The notes under the pieces: model-generated | What the model was told of the DNA's origin: nothing | Seen by the model: only the letters and a program-made list of their open reading frames with translations | The model's database searches: none | Source: Paecilomyces variotii | Lineage: Eukaryota | DNA: 64,000 nucleotides | NCBI GenBank assembly: GCA_004022145.1 | Contig: RCNU01000010.1 | Strand: one strand, 5' to 3' | Shown here: positions 53,301 to 64,000 of the stretch, one piece after another | Numbering within the stretch: the first letter of the stretch is position 1 | Layout of the letters: every line of letters starts with the position of its first letter | Made by a program: the position numbers and the translations under genes

Positions 53301-53752
53301 ATAAATGCAAGCAACAATGTGAAGACGCTCGACGGGCGAGTACCAAAAACTCCAATGCAAAAGTCTCCCGCGATGAGATCCGGCAAGCTCTGGGACTCAT
53401 GTGGCGTGAAGCCAGCGAGGAAGTGAAGAGGCCTTACCTGGACCAAATCGCTGCCAACAGGCGGATGAACACCGAGATATTCGATCAATGGAAGGAGAGG
53501 ATCCTTGAATGGGAAAGGAAGACATACGAAGTGAAAGATCGATGGGTTGCAGCGAATCCATTCGAGACATGGCAGCCTGGTCAGTCGAATGAAATGGTCC
53601 CGGCTCCTACTGAAGCCAATACGGCCACGAATGGAACCACAACTACACCACCTGTCCCTTCTGAAGACACCAACAAAGCGACCTCTGTGAACGGAGGAGA
53701 CATTAGCACATCAAAAGAAGGAGACACAGGTGATGAGAACAATACAGTATGA
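50381..53752 (+). CDS. lsd1: Lysine-specific histone demethylase LSD1/KDM1 (SWIRM + FAD amine oxidase + C-terminal HMG-like box); start uncertain
   Basis: YLNIRNGILRLW and LVRNGYINFG (SWIRM); GAGMSGL, GGR, GFGVMNKV, RGSYS and FAGEAT...VHGAYISG; LNPFLLY...LGLMW...KRPY (HMG-like). Confidence 0.93.
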   Translation: MEASSTLKTQGLQDLPGRSVPLAEFLPNNQSDINEAAPAPSHHAPVPDTIFEMPPAKRRRRSGQGDSFNGADGLSTDIGSPFSYPQRVNIKEEMEGASQSTGRASRSTEQDTSHHTPSDSMTSASMFSPHPQNKSASPLTFVQTSFESVSSVKRTASKLDFEKYRPRSSIPTGLPAPVYAQQCVAAAYASRLNPYALHKNEQAYLQDQLCHIHVTTYLNIRNGILRLWTRNPMVSVTKEEALGCAKDYRWMNLAAFAYDWLVRNGYINFGCVEIPKALVPPKRGRRREGPVIVVVGAGMSGLGCARQLEGLFSQYRDSSTSPRVVVLEGRRRIGGRVYSHPLKSLQSTLPQGLRSTAEMGAQIVVGFDHGNPIDPILRAQLALRYHLLRDISTIYDIDGSPVDEVRDAMDERLYNDILDRSGLYRHKAVVQPTAEGDREAIDTGRDVSADDGVTVKQYEEARAAGTIDLLVPSKRVRRGVGHKTADIKPAGPPMADLGPTEEQPAAFTCQTMGWKLRDGVSQRDSINLDAIAKASNHQTLGEVMDEGVRQYQRMLPLTPKDMRLLNWHFANLEYANACNVGNLSLSGWDQDIGNEFEGEHAQVIGGYQQVPQGIWSFPNKLDVRRNKIVTKISYSPSGTSNHKALVHCEDGETFAADKVVFTGSLGVLKHQTVQFDPSLPDWKKGAIERLGFGVMNKVILVFEKPFWDLSRDMFGLLREPTNTDSMVQADYSANRGRSYLFWNCMKTSGLPMLVALMAGDAAYHVERTPDCEIIAEVTSQLRNIFKTVNVPDPLETIVTRWGTDRFTRGSYSSVAPESLPGDYDLMAKSVGNLYFAGEATCGTHPATVHGAYISGLRAASEIIESIIGPIEVPTPLVPEKGRQSETGTPVLAGQKRKESAAPSTTAIPATTHAAPAVSSIQARSNNSFPSEAALRQAYDEAMWVAIYGELGHPEPRPAKMSLNPFLLYQKDYWHKCKQQCEDARRASTKNSNAKVSRDEIRQALGLMWREASEEVKRPYLDQIAANRRMNTEIFDQWKERILEWERKTYEVKDRWVAANPFETWQPGQSNEMVPAPTEANTATNGTTTTPPVPSEDTNKATSVNGGDISTSKEGDTGDENNTV

Positions 53753-53819
53753 TATTCATCCATAGCAGACTATTACTTATATGTACAATAAATCAAACTG
53801 GACAATGCTTACTTATTTC

Positions 53820-53842
53820 TTCTCTTCTCTTCTCTTCTCTTC
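53820..53842. repeat. (TTCTC)4+ pyrimidine repeat in the LSD1 3' region
   Basis: Read directly. Confidence 0.85.
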
Positions 53843-54596
53843 CCATTCTATGTTCTCTTCCTATATATACCTTGTATTCTACCTTGATATATGCACATAG
53901 TCAAGGCGTCAGCGCATAAAGCGAACGCCAGGTGATCTATCAATCATCCATTTGCAGCATGTCCTTTGAATCCTAAATATAGCATAGATCATCCCAGATT
54001 ACTCTAGATTACTAGATTCTTTGTATACCCTATAGAGATAAATATTTATCTGAGGAAATACCCTGCTATTTAGGCTAAATAGTGCGCGAAACCTCGCTTA
54101 TTATATAACATGTTCTTTTAAATTGTGATTATTTCTCTAAATCTCTAAATCTTAAGGTTATCTCCTCTTTGCCATTCTGCGACGTAGAAGGGTGAGCAAG
54201 AGCAGAGTGTGTTCTTTGTTCAGAGAGAAAGAAGTCTATCGTAGGAAGAGGAATGGATAAAGAAATGAAAAGGAAAGAAAGAGTTTGTAGAAGTGATCTA
54301 TATAGTGAAATAGAGACAAGGTCATTAGATTTGGGATCTAGTACGTGAAAGAGCCAAAACAAGACATGACATGACAAGAGCGAAGATAAAAAGTCGCTCA
54401 GCAAGGATATGATCTAATGTCTAACGTAAATATGATGAGCGTATTGAGATGCATCCATCCGGTTGGGAATAAAGACCGGTGCAGAGATAGATGGCGTGGT
54501 ATAGGTCGATCGAGAGATGTATCCATATGGATGAAAAAAAAAGGTGAGGGTAACGCCAATATCCGTTGTTATTTTGTCCCATCCGTTGGCATGCAT

Positions 54597-55908
54597 CTAC
54601 AGCAGCGGGTTCTGACGGTACTCGGGCACAGTGCCTTCGGCTCCCTTCTTAGACTCCCCAGTGGGCTCCTGGGCGGCCGGCTCGATCTTGGAGTTTCCGG
54701 CAGCTGTGCCGGCAGCGGGGGTTTCTCCCACATCCTCGACTTCCGCAAGGAACTTCTCAGCTTCCAGGGCGGCAATGCAGCCAGATCCTATGGCGTATTA
54801 GTATCTTGCCTGATTCTGTGATATGAAAAGGAAATTTCATCGGGTTTATGCTTACCTGCACTGGTGATGGCCTGTCGGTATCGCTTGTCCTGGACGTCTC
54901 CAGCAGCAAAGACACCCTCAACACTGGTGTAGCTAGTTCCGGGCTTAGTGAGAATGTAGCCGTCCTCATCAAGCTGGACCTGGCCCTTGACCAGGGCAGT
55001 GGCGGGGTCGTGACCGACGGCATAGAACAGGCCGTTGGCCTCAACGACCTCCTCCTTGCCGGTAGTGACATCCTTGATCTTCAGGTGGGTCATCAGACCA
55101 CGGGGCTTGTTCTCACCCTGGACCTCGGTTGCGACAGTGTTGAAGCGGACAGTGACCTTGGGGTTCGACAGCAGGCGCTTGGCCATGGCCTTGCTAGCAC
55201 GTAGCTTGTCCTTGCGGACGAGGACGGTAACGTGGCTACCGTACTTGGTCAGGAACATGGCCTCCTCGGCCGCAGAGTCACCACCACCGATCACGTAGAG
55301 GGGCTTGTTGCGGAAGATGGGCACGGCTCCGTCACAGACAGCGCAAGCACTGATTCCGTTCTGCCAGTAGGTCTCCTCTCCGGGCAGGTTGAGACGGCGG
55401 GCATTGGCACCAGTGGCGATGATGACAGCATCCGCAGTGCGCGCAGGGGCATCCTCAGGGCCATCAGACCACTCCGTCCACAGCTTGAAAGGTCGCTGCG
55501 ACAGGTCGATTCTGGAGATGGTCTCGGTGATGATCTCGGTTCCGAAGCGGGCCGATTGCTTGCGCATGTTGTCCATCAGCTCGGAGCCGCCAATGCCGCT
55601 GGGAAAACCGGGGAAGTTCTCAATGTCGGTGGTGGTGGTGAGCTGGCCACCGGCAGCAGTACCGTTTGCCAGCATACCCTCGTACATGACCGGCTTGAGC
55701 TCTGCTCGGGATAGATAGATGGCAGCCGTGTGGGCCGCGGGGCCGGAGCCGATGACTGCATAGAGGAAAACAGCACGTCAGTATATAGAACCACAATGTA
55801 AGTCATATTCCAATGGCTGTAAATCCATTTTCCCAGTAAAGGCGAAGCAAGGGGAGAAGTCTCACGACCTCAAGGGGACGACGTACTGACTACCTTGGAG
55901 TGCGCCAT
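54597..55908 (-). CDS. TRR1: Thioredoxin reductase (low-Mr type), AUG-initiated form; 2 introns
   Basis: [52 protein letters not shown] and the C-terminus YRQNPLL*. Confidence 0.96.
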
Positions 55909-56076
55909 CCTGAAGGTGGGGGAGCTCGAACTGACGCGCAACGGCGTCGACGAAAACGAAAAGGTCGCGGGCGGTGGAGAGGTCTTCTGCTGGACAGATG
56001 CAGCAGCAGCAGCAGAGAAGGATAAGGAGGAGCGAAGAGAGGAGAAGGGGAAACGGCGAAAGGCTGAGGAAAACAC
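55909..56076 (-). other. In-frame GUG-initiated N-terminal extension of thioredoxin reductase (predicted mitochondrial presequence)
   Basis: CAAA-GTG context. The 56 codons are rich in S/R/F with no D/E. An in-frame stop lies at 56155-56157 and the leader has no ATG. Confidence 0.7.
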
Positions 56077-56199
56077 TTTGGTGGTGGTGGAGGGGAAGAC
56101 GGGGGAAAAGGAAGAGAGGATATAGAGGGCGGGGTGGGTAATTATGCAAGCACGCTAGAGACGGCCAGACGCTGGAGAGAGAGCGAGAAGACTCGTCGG

Positions 56200-56206
56200 T
56201 TAGTCA
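56200..56206. promoter_or_regulatory. Yap1/AP-1-like response element upstream of thioredoxin reductase
   Basis: TTAGTCA, which reads TGACTAA on the gene strand. Confidence 0.5.
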
Positions 56207-56749
56207 GTTGGAGGAATTGATTAGTTACGGGAGAAGTCGACAAGAGGGCCAATATCATAAACGCAGCTGGTCTTATCTGATCTCGATCCGCTCTTCTTAG
56301 GAATCAAAGCCTTTCGAGACCCCGTCACGTGCGCCTGCTTAGAAAGCGAGATCGGCCTCGAACCTTCACGGGATTTGCAGAAGTCTCGCCGAGAAAGCGC
56401 CGGAGAGCAGAGAATATCGTTATGATCATCATCATTAGAATTCTTATATGTGATGTTCTACGCTTACTCGCTGGTTAGATCATTTCACGGTCTAGATCCG
56501 AAGCCCTTAGAACTCCAGCCACAGTACGACAGAGAGAGGTCATGATGTAATCACCAGGTACGCCATCCCAAGTATTCAAAGTAGATCCTTACAACAGTCC
56601 ATAAATCGAAGATCATCAGTCGTTTATCAGTCGTTGCCAAAACCTAGGTACATAACTACAAGCATTAGGGTATATTATTAGTCATGAATCGTCCTCACAT
56701 CCGGCCACCACCACCACCACCATCACCACCATTTCCCCAACATGCCACC

Positions 56750-59700
56750 TCAACCCCGAGTAAACCACTTCCTCCTCCGCGGCTGGTTGGTCTCCTCAAC
56801 GCCTTCATCACTGTAGTCATCTTCCTCAGTGACGTCTCCAGAAGTATCCATACTATGCGCTCGCCCGGTTCTCATAGGCAGCGCCCCCGGTGATGGCGGG
56901 CGGTCGTCTTCGCTACCAGAGTACCCATCGTATCCATCCTCCGTGTCGCTGGCAGCTCCATGGTCCAGGTACCTGGTCTCTTTCTTCTTACCAATGCCCA
57001 GCCATTTCTTCCATCCCTTGGCGACCCGTGTGGGACGCGGATCGTAGCCGCCTTCATACCACAGAGCGGGCACCAGCAGCTTGTATGGCCGGGTGATACC
57101 CGCTGGGTCCATGGGGCTGACCTCCATGTGCAGCGTGATATCCAGGCCGCCCTCGAGATTCACATAGCCCCCAGCACCATCCTCAGCCTCTAAGGCTTCT
57201 TTACGAGCCTTTTCACTCAAGTTCGTAGGGCGACGATGGAAATTGCTTGGGCGAGGTTTCTGGCCTTGGGAGAAGTAGCCATCGCCCGACTCGAAAGGTC
57301 GCTCCGGGATATCCATACTTGCGCTCCGGCCACCGGAGTTACCCAGGTTGAATTCTTTCGTGGGCGGACGACTCCCGCGGGAGGAAAGTCGCCGCATCAA
57401 GCCCGTGGGCCCGCTGGTACCCCGCGTTAAGGAGAGCGTTCTCTTCAGTTTGCCCGGAGGAGATGGGGACGCGGGGGGCGTGGCCGGTTCAGGAGTTGCG
57501 GGCGGAGTAGATCCTGCTATATGTCAGAGAAACTGTCTGAGATACAGGTGATTCGTCTCGATCACACTTACCGGGTTGATATTCGCGGATGGCGCACCAG
57601 TTGCGCCGGGGCAGCAGCCTTTTGTTGTTCCGCGGCTTGTCGTCTACGTCGTGGGTAAAGATGGGAATCATGGATTCATCAGTATTAGAATCCATGTGAT
57701 GGATCTTGTTCCGCTTGTTCAGCATGTCTGCTACCATGTCTGGCGGAGGCGTGTTGACAATGGCGGATGAAATAATGTTGGGCATATAGCGATAGTCCTT
57801 GTCCTTGGCCAGGTTCAGTCGCGGATTCGAGTAGAACTGGCCAATTGCTCCCAGATGAACGTCTCCACTAGAATCCTCATTAGCCAGGCACTCTCGTAGT
57901 AGACGGGGTTCTGTTGTCTTACCTCAGAATGGTGACCCGGACGGACTTCTCAGCAGCAAGGTCCTGAAGGTCCTCGACCAACCAGGTACGTTCCAGCTTG
58001 TGGTGTTTCGCCGTCCAGTGATCATCGAGATCATCCAGGACCTCGACGCTGCCGTCGAACTTGTTGACGAAGTGGCCAAACATTCCTGCTCTCCCCAGTG
58101 CTTTCACCGGGTCCATAACCCGGCTAGTTAATATATTCTCGAGCCAGACCTATCGTGCCAGAGTCAGGATCCTCACGTCTTGATATGCAGCTCGGCATAG
58201 ACTTACCAGTCTAGGGTACGCAATTGGAACGCCCAAAAGAACAATAAGATGTTTTGTATCCCCTTTGACGATCTCACGGTGACAGCGGTCCCAAATAAGA
58301 TCGTATGTCTGCTCACTAAGGATATCCCCTCTCTGTTCAAGCCGTAGTCAGTAAAGTTCTATCCGCTGCAACTCTCTCGAGGACAACCTACCATGCGTTC
58401 AGTACGACAATCCAAGCCTAAAAAGGCCGTCCCCTTGCCGAGGAACATGAATACGCTTCGGCTCCTCTCCTTGATATAGGGGCCCGGCTCTGCACCCAGA
58501 ATCCAGCTGGGTTCATCCGCCTCGGTTTCTTCCGGCACGCTCTGGTGTTGGAAGAGCATATAGTATTTGTATGCAACGTTTCCAAGGCCAGAGAAAACCG
58601 GTGTTCTCATGAAGTGGTCCGGATACGAGCCAAAGCCGTCAATAATATCATGGTCATCCCAGATGTTGATCATTGGTATCTGGCAATTTGCCAGGCTGAA
58701 CAGCCCCTGAGAGAACCACATGCAATACCGTTCCAGGAAGAATGTCTCCAGTTCGGCCTTCATCTCCGGACTGAACGGTGCATGATGTTTGTCGTGAGGA
58801 TTCTTGATGTGGGTCCATTCTTGGAAGTGTTTTGTCTCCAGCATGACTATGTCATTGTAGATCTGGTCACCTCCTCCGATCATCACATGGAAGGGTCGCG
58901 TCTGATGCTCATTGAGTACGTCTCTCCAGAGAGGATCTGGCCCGCAGAATTTATTCGGATCCACAGATAAACTGAAGCCATTGCAAGTGTGGAACATGAC
59001 GTTCATCGACTGGCCCCTTGCAGGAACCCAGAACCCAATGGCAGGACCCTGGTTAATGCGGTATGCAATCCGCTGCTGCTTGTCACCGAGTTCTACTTCG
59101 ATACTGAATCTCCAGAACGTGACATCTCGGGCCGAATCCGCATACAGTCGGATACCTTGGATTTCTCGGTACCGCCCAGTCGTCTCTCCGTCCATCGGGT
59201 GGATTCTGTTGCTAGGAACTGGCGGACTCTGTCCGTCGTAGTCAATCGGACTTCGAGTCTCCTCAAAGAGCCCGTCTTCACTCTCAACAGTCGACAAGTC
59301 GACACCTTCTTCAATGTGCTCGACAGGCTTGACATACAGTACTCTTCCATCTCTCCCGACTTTTGTGAGACCAGCTGTGGGATCAACGTATTCAGGAGCA
59401 AGCTTTATGCCATCCTCGCTGTTGATTTCCACTGGAGGCGGAGGAAGCAGGTCCATTGGCTGTGAGAAAAGCCGTAATGTAGGAGCCGGGTTATAAGAGG
59501 ACAGGGAATCCTTGGTGACTATCATCACACTTCCTCTCCAGGTCTCCAGATCAATCTGACCCTCGGGTCCGTCGATCTTGTCTCGTCTCATCCCTGTATA
59601 CCGCAGCAATGGTCCACACTTCAAAAAGAGAAGAGGGTCGAACCGGTTGTTTTCTAAAGGAAGCCAAGTCAGTCAATCGTCACCCACAACAGGAACCTCT

Positions 59701-61388
59701 TTCAATATAGCATTGTGAAAAGTCCACCTATATCACTGCAAGCTACCAGGGACTGACGTACCATTGGCCTTCGGCACAGGCTTTTGATAATCACTGGGAA
59801 GTGCTCTACTCCGTCTGCGGTTTGTATTACCACCACGTTCCCACCATGCTTTACCTTTATCAGCGTCGAAGGTCTGGAACTCCATGTCCGCGGCCGAGAG
59901 CATGGCTACAGGCGCTTGCTTCCATTCCGACAATGGGGGAGGGGTAGGAGGCGGCATATCGAATTGCACAGTTTGTTTCTTCTGCTTGGGTTTCGCGACT
60001 TCCTCGACAGAACTATCGTGATGCTCTACTAGTTGCTCTTCTTGTTGTTGTTGATCTTGTTGATTATCCGTCTCCGGCGCCAACGTATACTCCATTGGTG
60101 CGGGATCCCCCTCCGCGGGTCCACGATCCATGGTAGGCCTCTCATCTTGATGTTCATCGTACGTAGCGCGATGGTAGTAGTTCTGCGGTGGGACCTTTTG
60201 TAGTCTATTGCTGTTGGACGTCTGGGACCCCGTGTCGCCAGGAGGAAAGTAAGAATCATCTGGCGCAGCGTGGTGATGCGTCTCTGGCTGCCATGAAAAT
60301 CGTTCGTTTTCGGTGCTGTCTGCTCGGCCTGGATACGGCATCGGAGACTTCTGGCTTTTACTGGCAGGCTCCAAACTGCGGCCCTTCTCTGAAGAGTATT
60401 GGGGCTGGCGTGTACGCTGAACCTCCGCGCGCCGAACATTTGAAGATACCCCTGAGCGTGATACGGTACTGGGCCGCGCTGAGTATTGTAACTCCGTGTA
60501 CCCAGTCAGCGACTCTGTTGGAGAGTCCAATTCCCAGGTGCTCAGACTCCTGGCGTATGATGGTGTCCTCTTGTGCTGGCTGCTTGAGCCTATGGCTGAC
60601 GGAGCCTCACCGGTGGCCACTGGTGTAGCTGTTGACCCTTGGCGGGAGTGTACTCTCTCGGATGATGAGGTATGATTATGGTCACTGGCTGTCTTTTTCT
60701 CCTGTTCCTGTCGCGCCAGTCGTTCCTTCAGCCGGAGTTCTGCTTCCAAGACTCTTGCCCTCTTTTCCTCCTTGCTGATATCGTTCAGCTTGACCTCCAG
60801 TCGTTGTAGAGGAGACCTGTCTGGAGCCCAGTCACGTTTCTGGCCCTTTGCAGAACGAGTCGTACTCGATCTAGTGAGCGGTGTCGCCTGGCCCCCTTCT
60901 CGAGTAGAGACAGTATCTGATCGTTTCAATGAATATTGCGCTTGGTTAGGGGAATCGGTATGGGGTATAGACACGGATAGACCACTCGTGGAAAAGTGAC
61001 GCCCGGGGGCCTGTCGTGCAGGATCAGTTCGCGCATTTGCGAGTTTCTGACCTTGGACCATAGCTTGATTCTGGAAGGCCCCTTGCGATCCTTCTGGCCC
61101 CCATTCAGGAGGTACTTCTCCTGTCCTGGCGGAAAATGAACGATGTCCGTCGCGGCGGTATCCTGAGCCGGACCCGTTTCGATACGGGACGGAAGGGTAT
61201 TGAGGGGGAACTGAAGTAGCGGGGACATATTCTCGTTTTTCCTCGTTACCCACTGGGAACCCGTTGGCACCGGAACTTGGACGATGTCTCTTCGACGAAG
61301 TGTGTCCTATGCCATTTACTGGTACCTCTTGGTAGGGTACAGAATTGCCGTTGGTAAAACCCGCAGGCCGCGAAGTTGCCGTCGCCAT
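56750..61388 (-). CDS. PhoD-like metallophosphatase domain protein with long low-complexity N-terminus; multiple introns
   Basis: CGPLLRY, FHTCNGFS, GGGDQIYND, WDDHDIIDGFGSY, DCRTER, DDLDDHW and SGDVH. Confidence 0.88.
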
Positions 61389-62945
61389 GATGAACCACCT
61401 TGGATCCCCTGTCTTCAAGTCAAGGTGCGCTCGACCGTTCTTATCCAGACCAATGTTTCGTGATCGCAATTAGCAAGGCGTGGATCGAAGGAGTCTGCGA
61501 TAAAGTAACTGCGCAACAGGCGTTAACATCAGTTCTAGAAAAGGGCATGTATATCATCAAAGCTCACCACAAAGAACAAGCTGGTGAATACCGCTGAAGG
61601 GGTAAGTTGTACTGTACGCCTGCGACGGAGATAGATTCGATCTTTGCGCCTGAAACCCTGGCGCACTTGTTGAGCTTCGATCTGTATAGTACTATGTCCA
61701 GCAATTACAGCGACAGTTCAATCGAAGCATCCAACTGTCACTGCTCAAAATCCAGTTATCATAACGATAAGCGCAGACAGCAGATTCCTGGAAGGATCTG
61801 TAGGTGGAACCAAAGCTGCGTTGTGTTGGTTCTTATCGAGCTCCAATCAATCGCTCCGCGGCCGACGAGTATATACAATTTGCGGGTGATCACTCGCAGG
61901 TAAAGGAATCGCAAGAGCGCAACAGATCGCATTAAGGTATCCAGAAATGGAGCACAATAGAGAAAAAAAAAAGGCTACAGAAGAGAAGGAAAAAGCACTG
62001 CCAACGATGGAGCGGTCTAAAGAAAGCCAACAGCAGCAGCTTGTTCTGCAGCTCCCAGCCGTTCGAACAGTTTATCCTGGTGGCTGGTCGGGAAGAAGTC
62101 AGGGCGGGCGTTGGTCGGAGAGGGGCTGCACACCAGTCACAAACCGGTCGGAGAGCTTCGCCCTGTTACATTCGAGAGAAAGATCATTGCATGCTAGAGG
62201 AGTCTATCTACTATCTAGTCTATTATTTGATTCTGGTGATAGGGAGAACTAAACTCCATATCATTCATTCCCTACTCCCTATACATCACCCCGGGGAACA
62301 CCAGCACAACGGCCCGCCAAAAGCTTCACCTGGAACCATGGACGACGAGGAGTCAGCATTATTCTTCGAGAATTGGTTGCTAGACCACGTATTACTCCTT
62401 CGTAAGACGTCTTAGTTAAGTTAGTTAATTACCCGCCACAACCCGTACAACAAAGGGATCCACGAATCCTCGTCGTGGCAAGCTGAGCTGCCCTTGAAAC
62501 GTGGTCTCTAGCTTTGGAACAATCCAGTGGCAGACCGCAGATTGTGATATATCCCTCCTGATTATTATTATTCTACTATTAGTTACTTTGTGTCTGTCTT
62601 ATTGCCTTGCCGAAGATCGACGCCCGGCCGAAGCCAACAACGGCACGCCCTGAGACTCGCGGCCCGCCAAGTGATTAATCAATGCTCTAAGCTCTCCGCA
62701 AAAAGTCCAGTTAAGGACAACTCTGCTTCTCCATAATCTGCCACGGCAACATCTGGGAGCAGTGACAAGGGCTCACGCTGCCATCCCGAAACAGTTGCAT
62801 TTTCCATCGACACGTTCCGTCGACTGTTCATCTTGCCATCGCCGGTCTGGGATCGTTCATGGCAAGCGCTCCGTGGCCCTAATCTGGTCGCCTCACAAGG
62901 GCGTCTCCCCGATATAACGCCCTTGCCATTATCGCTCATTTCAAC

Positions 62946-64000
62946 ATGCGATTCCTTCGCGCAGCAGCGCTTGCAGCGTTCTGTTATACAGCAACGGCCG
63001 ATCTACTTCCTCGGACATATGATACCCACGACTTTATAGCTCTGCATCTCGATTCTTCAGTCTCCCCCGAACATATCGCGCGCGTGCTCGGTGCCCGTCA
63101 CGAGGGCCAGATTGGTGAATTAGACGGCCATCATCGATTCTCACTACCCAAGGAGAAAAGCACAGAGACAGATGCACTACTGGAGGATCTCCGACAGAGA
63201 AGGATACAACGTCGACGGTCGCTCGACAATGGTGCAGCTTTGGCTAAGAGGAACGACGGTCTGGATGGGGTTCTCTGGTCCCAGAAGCTGGCGTTGAAGC
63301 AGCGCCTGCAGAAGAGGATACCGCCTCCTCTGGAGCGCCGTGGCCCCTCTGTTCGGGTTGAGAGAAGTGCGCAGGCGGATCCCATTGCCCTTCAGACTCA
63401 GAGAGATATCGCCACTACTCTCGGGATCACTGACCCCATCTTTCAGGATCAGTGGCATCTCTACAATCCTGTCCAGCTTGGCCACGATCTCAATGTCACC
63501 GGAGTCTGGCTCGAGGGCGTAACGGGACAAGGAGTCACCACGGCGATCGTTGACGATGGCTTGGACATGTACAGCGACGACCTCAGACCCAACTACTATC
63601 CTGGAGGTTCGTGGGACTACAATGATGGCACCAACGAACCGAGACCTAGACTCTTGGATGACAAGCATGGCACCAGGTGTGCGGGAGAAGTGGCTGCAGC
63701 CAAGAATAATGTGTGTGGAGTCGGAATGGCGTACGACAGCAAGGTGGCCGGAATCCGCATTCTGTCTAAACCCATCAGCGATGCGGATGAGGCAGCTGCT
63801 GTCAACTACGGCTATCAGAGCAATGACATCTACTCCTGCTCCTGGGGCCCGCCCGACGACGGCCAAACGATGGACGCGCCGGGAATACTGATCAAGAAAG
63901 CTATGGTCAATGGAGTTCAGCAAGGCCGTCATGGGAAAGGTTCTATCTTCGTCTTCGCTGCTGGTAACGGTGCGGCCAGTGATGATAATTGCAACTTTGA
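62946..64000 (+). CDS. kexB: Kexin (S8B proprotein convertase), 5' part, truncated by window end
   Basis: Signal peptide MRFLRAAALAAF, propeptide ending LQKR, QWHL, IVDDGLD, HGTRCAGE, YSCSWGP and FVFAAGNG. Confidence 0.95.
   Translation, partial: MRFLRAAALAAFCYTATADLLPRTYDTHDFIALHLDSSVSPEHIARVLGARHEGQIGELDGHHRFSLPKEKSTETDALLEDLRQRRIQRRRSLDNGAALAKRNDGLDGVLWSQKLALKQRLQKRIPPPLERRGPSVRVERSAQADPIALQTQRDIATTLGITDPIFQDQWHLYNPVQLGHDLNVTGVWLEGVTGQGVTTAIVDDGLDMYSDDLRPNYYPGGSWDYNDGTNEPRPRLLDDKHGTRCAGEVAAAKNNVCGVGMAYDSKVAGIRILSKPISDADEAAAVNYGYQSNDIYSCSWGPPDDGQTMDAPGILIKKAMVNGVQQGRHGKGSIFVFAAGNGAASDDNCNF

Noticed and set aside
63177-63932. 251-aa minus-strand ORF
   Set aside because: Antisense to kexin, which is missing from the ORF track only because it runs off the window end.

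Overview
Intron-containing filamentous ascomycete DNA, most likely Eurotiales (Aspergillus/Penicillium/Paecilomyces-like). It falls into three zones. (1) 1-13.7 kb: the 3' end of glutamine synthetase, whose 3'UTR folds into a long stem with a multiloop and a possible pseudoknot. An accessory 'graveyard' follows: an intact APH/kinase-like gene between degenerate direct repeats; fragments of a SNF2-type helicase and a PD-(D/E)XK-like protein with RIP-type TAG stops; Gypsy-like and chromodomain remnants; a decayed DNA2/NAM7 helicase; and an ankyrin gene with an early stop. (2) 14-31 kb: a carbohydrate block. A divergent GH106 and GH28 pair shares a promoter with RhaR-like and GaaR-like motifs, followed by a sulfatase and a sugar transporter. 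(3) 32-64 kb: core genes, namely a CCHC zinc-knuckle protein, a PhyH dioxygenase with a divergent Zn2Cys6 TF, TVP23, a CitE-like lyase, a CCCH-Smr protein, TVP38, LSD1/KDM1, thioredoxin reductase, a PhoD-like protein and kexin. The strongest candidates for undescribed biology are the structured glutamine synthetase 3'UTR, a ~200-nt structured Pol III-type RNA with a decayed tRNA-like head (42.4 kb), a GUG-initiated mitochondrial-type presequence on thioredoxin reductase, and a 4-nt micro-exon needed to build a Zn2Cys6 domain. All calls come from manual reading, translation and pairing; no searches were run.
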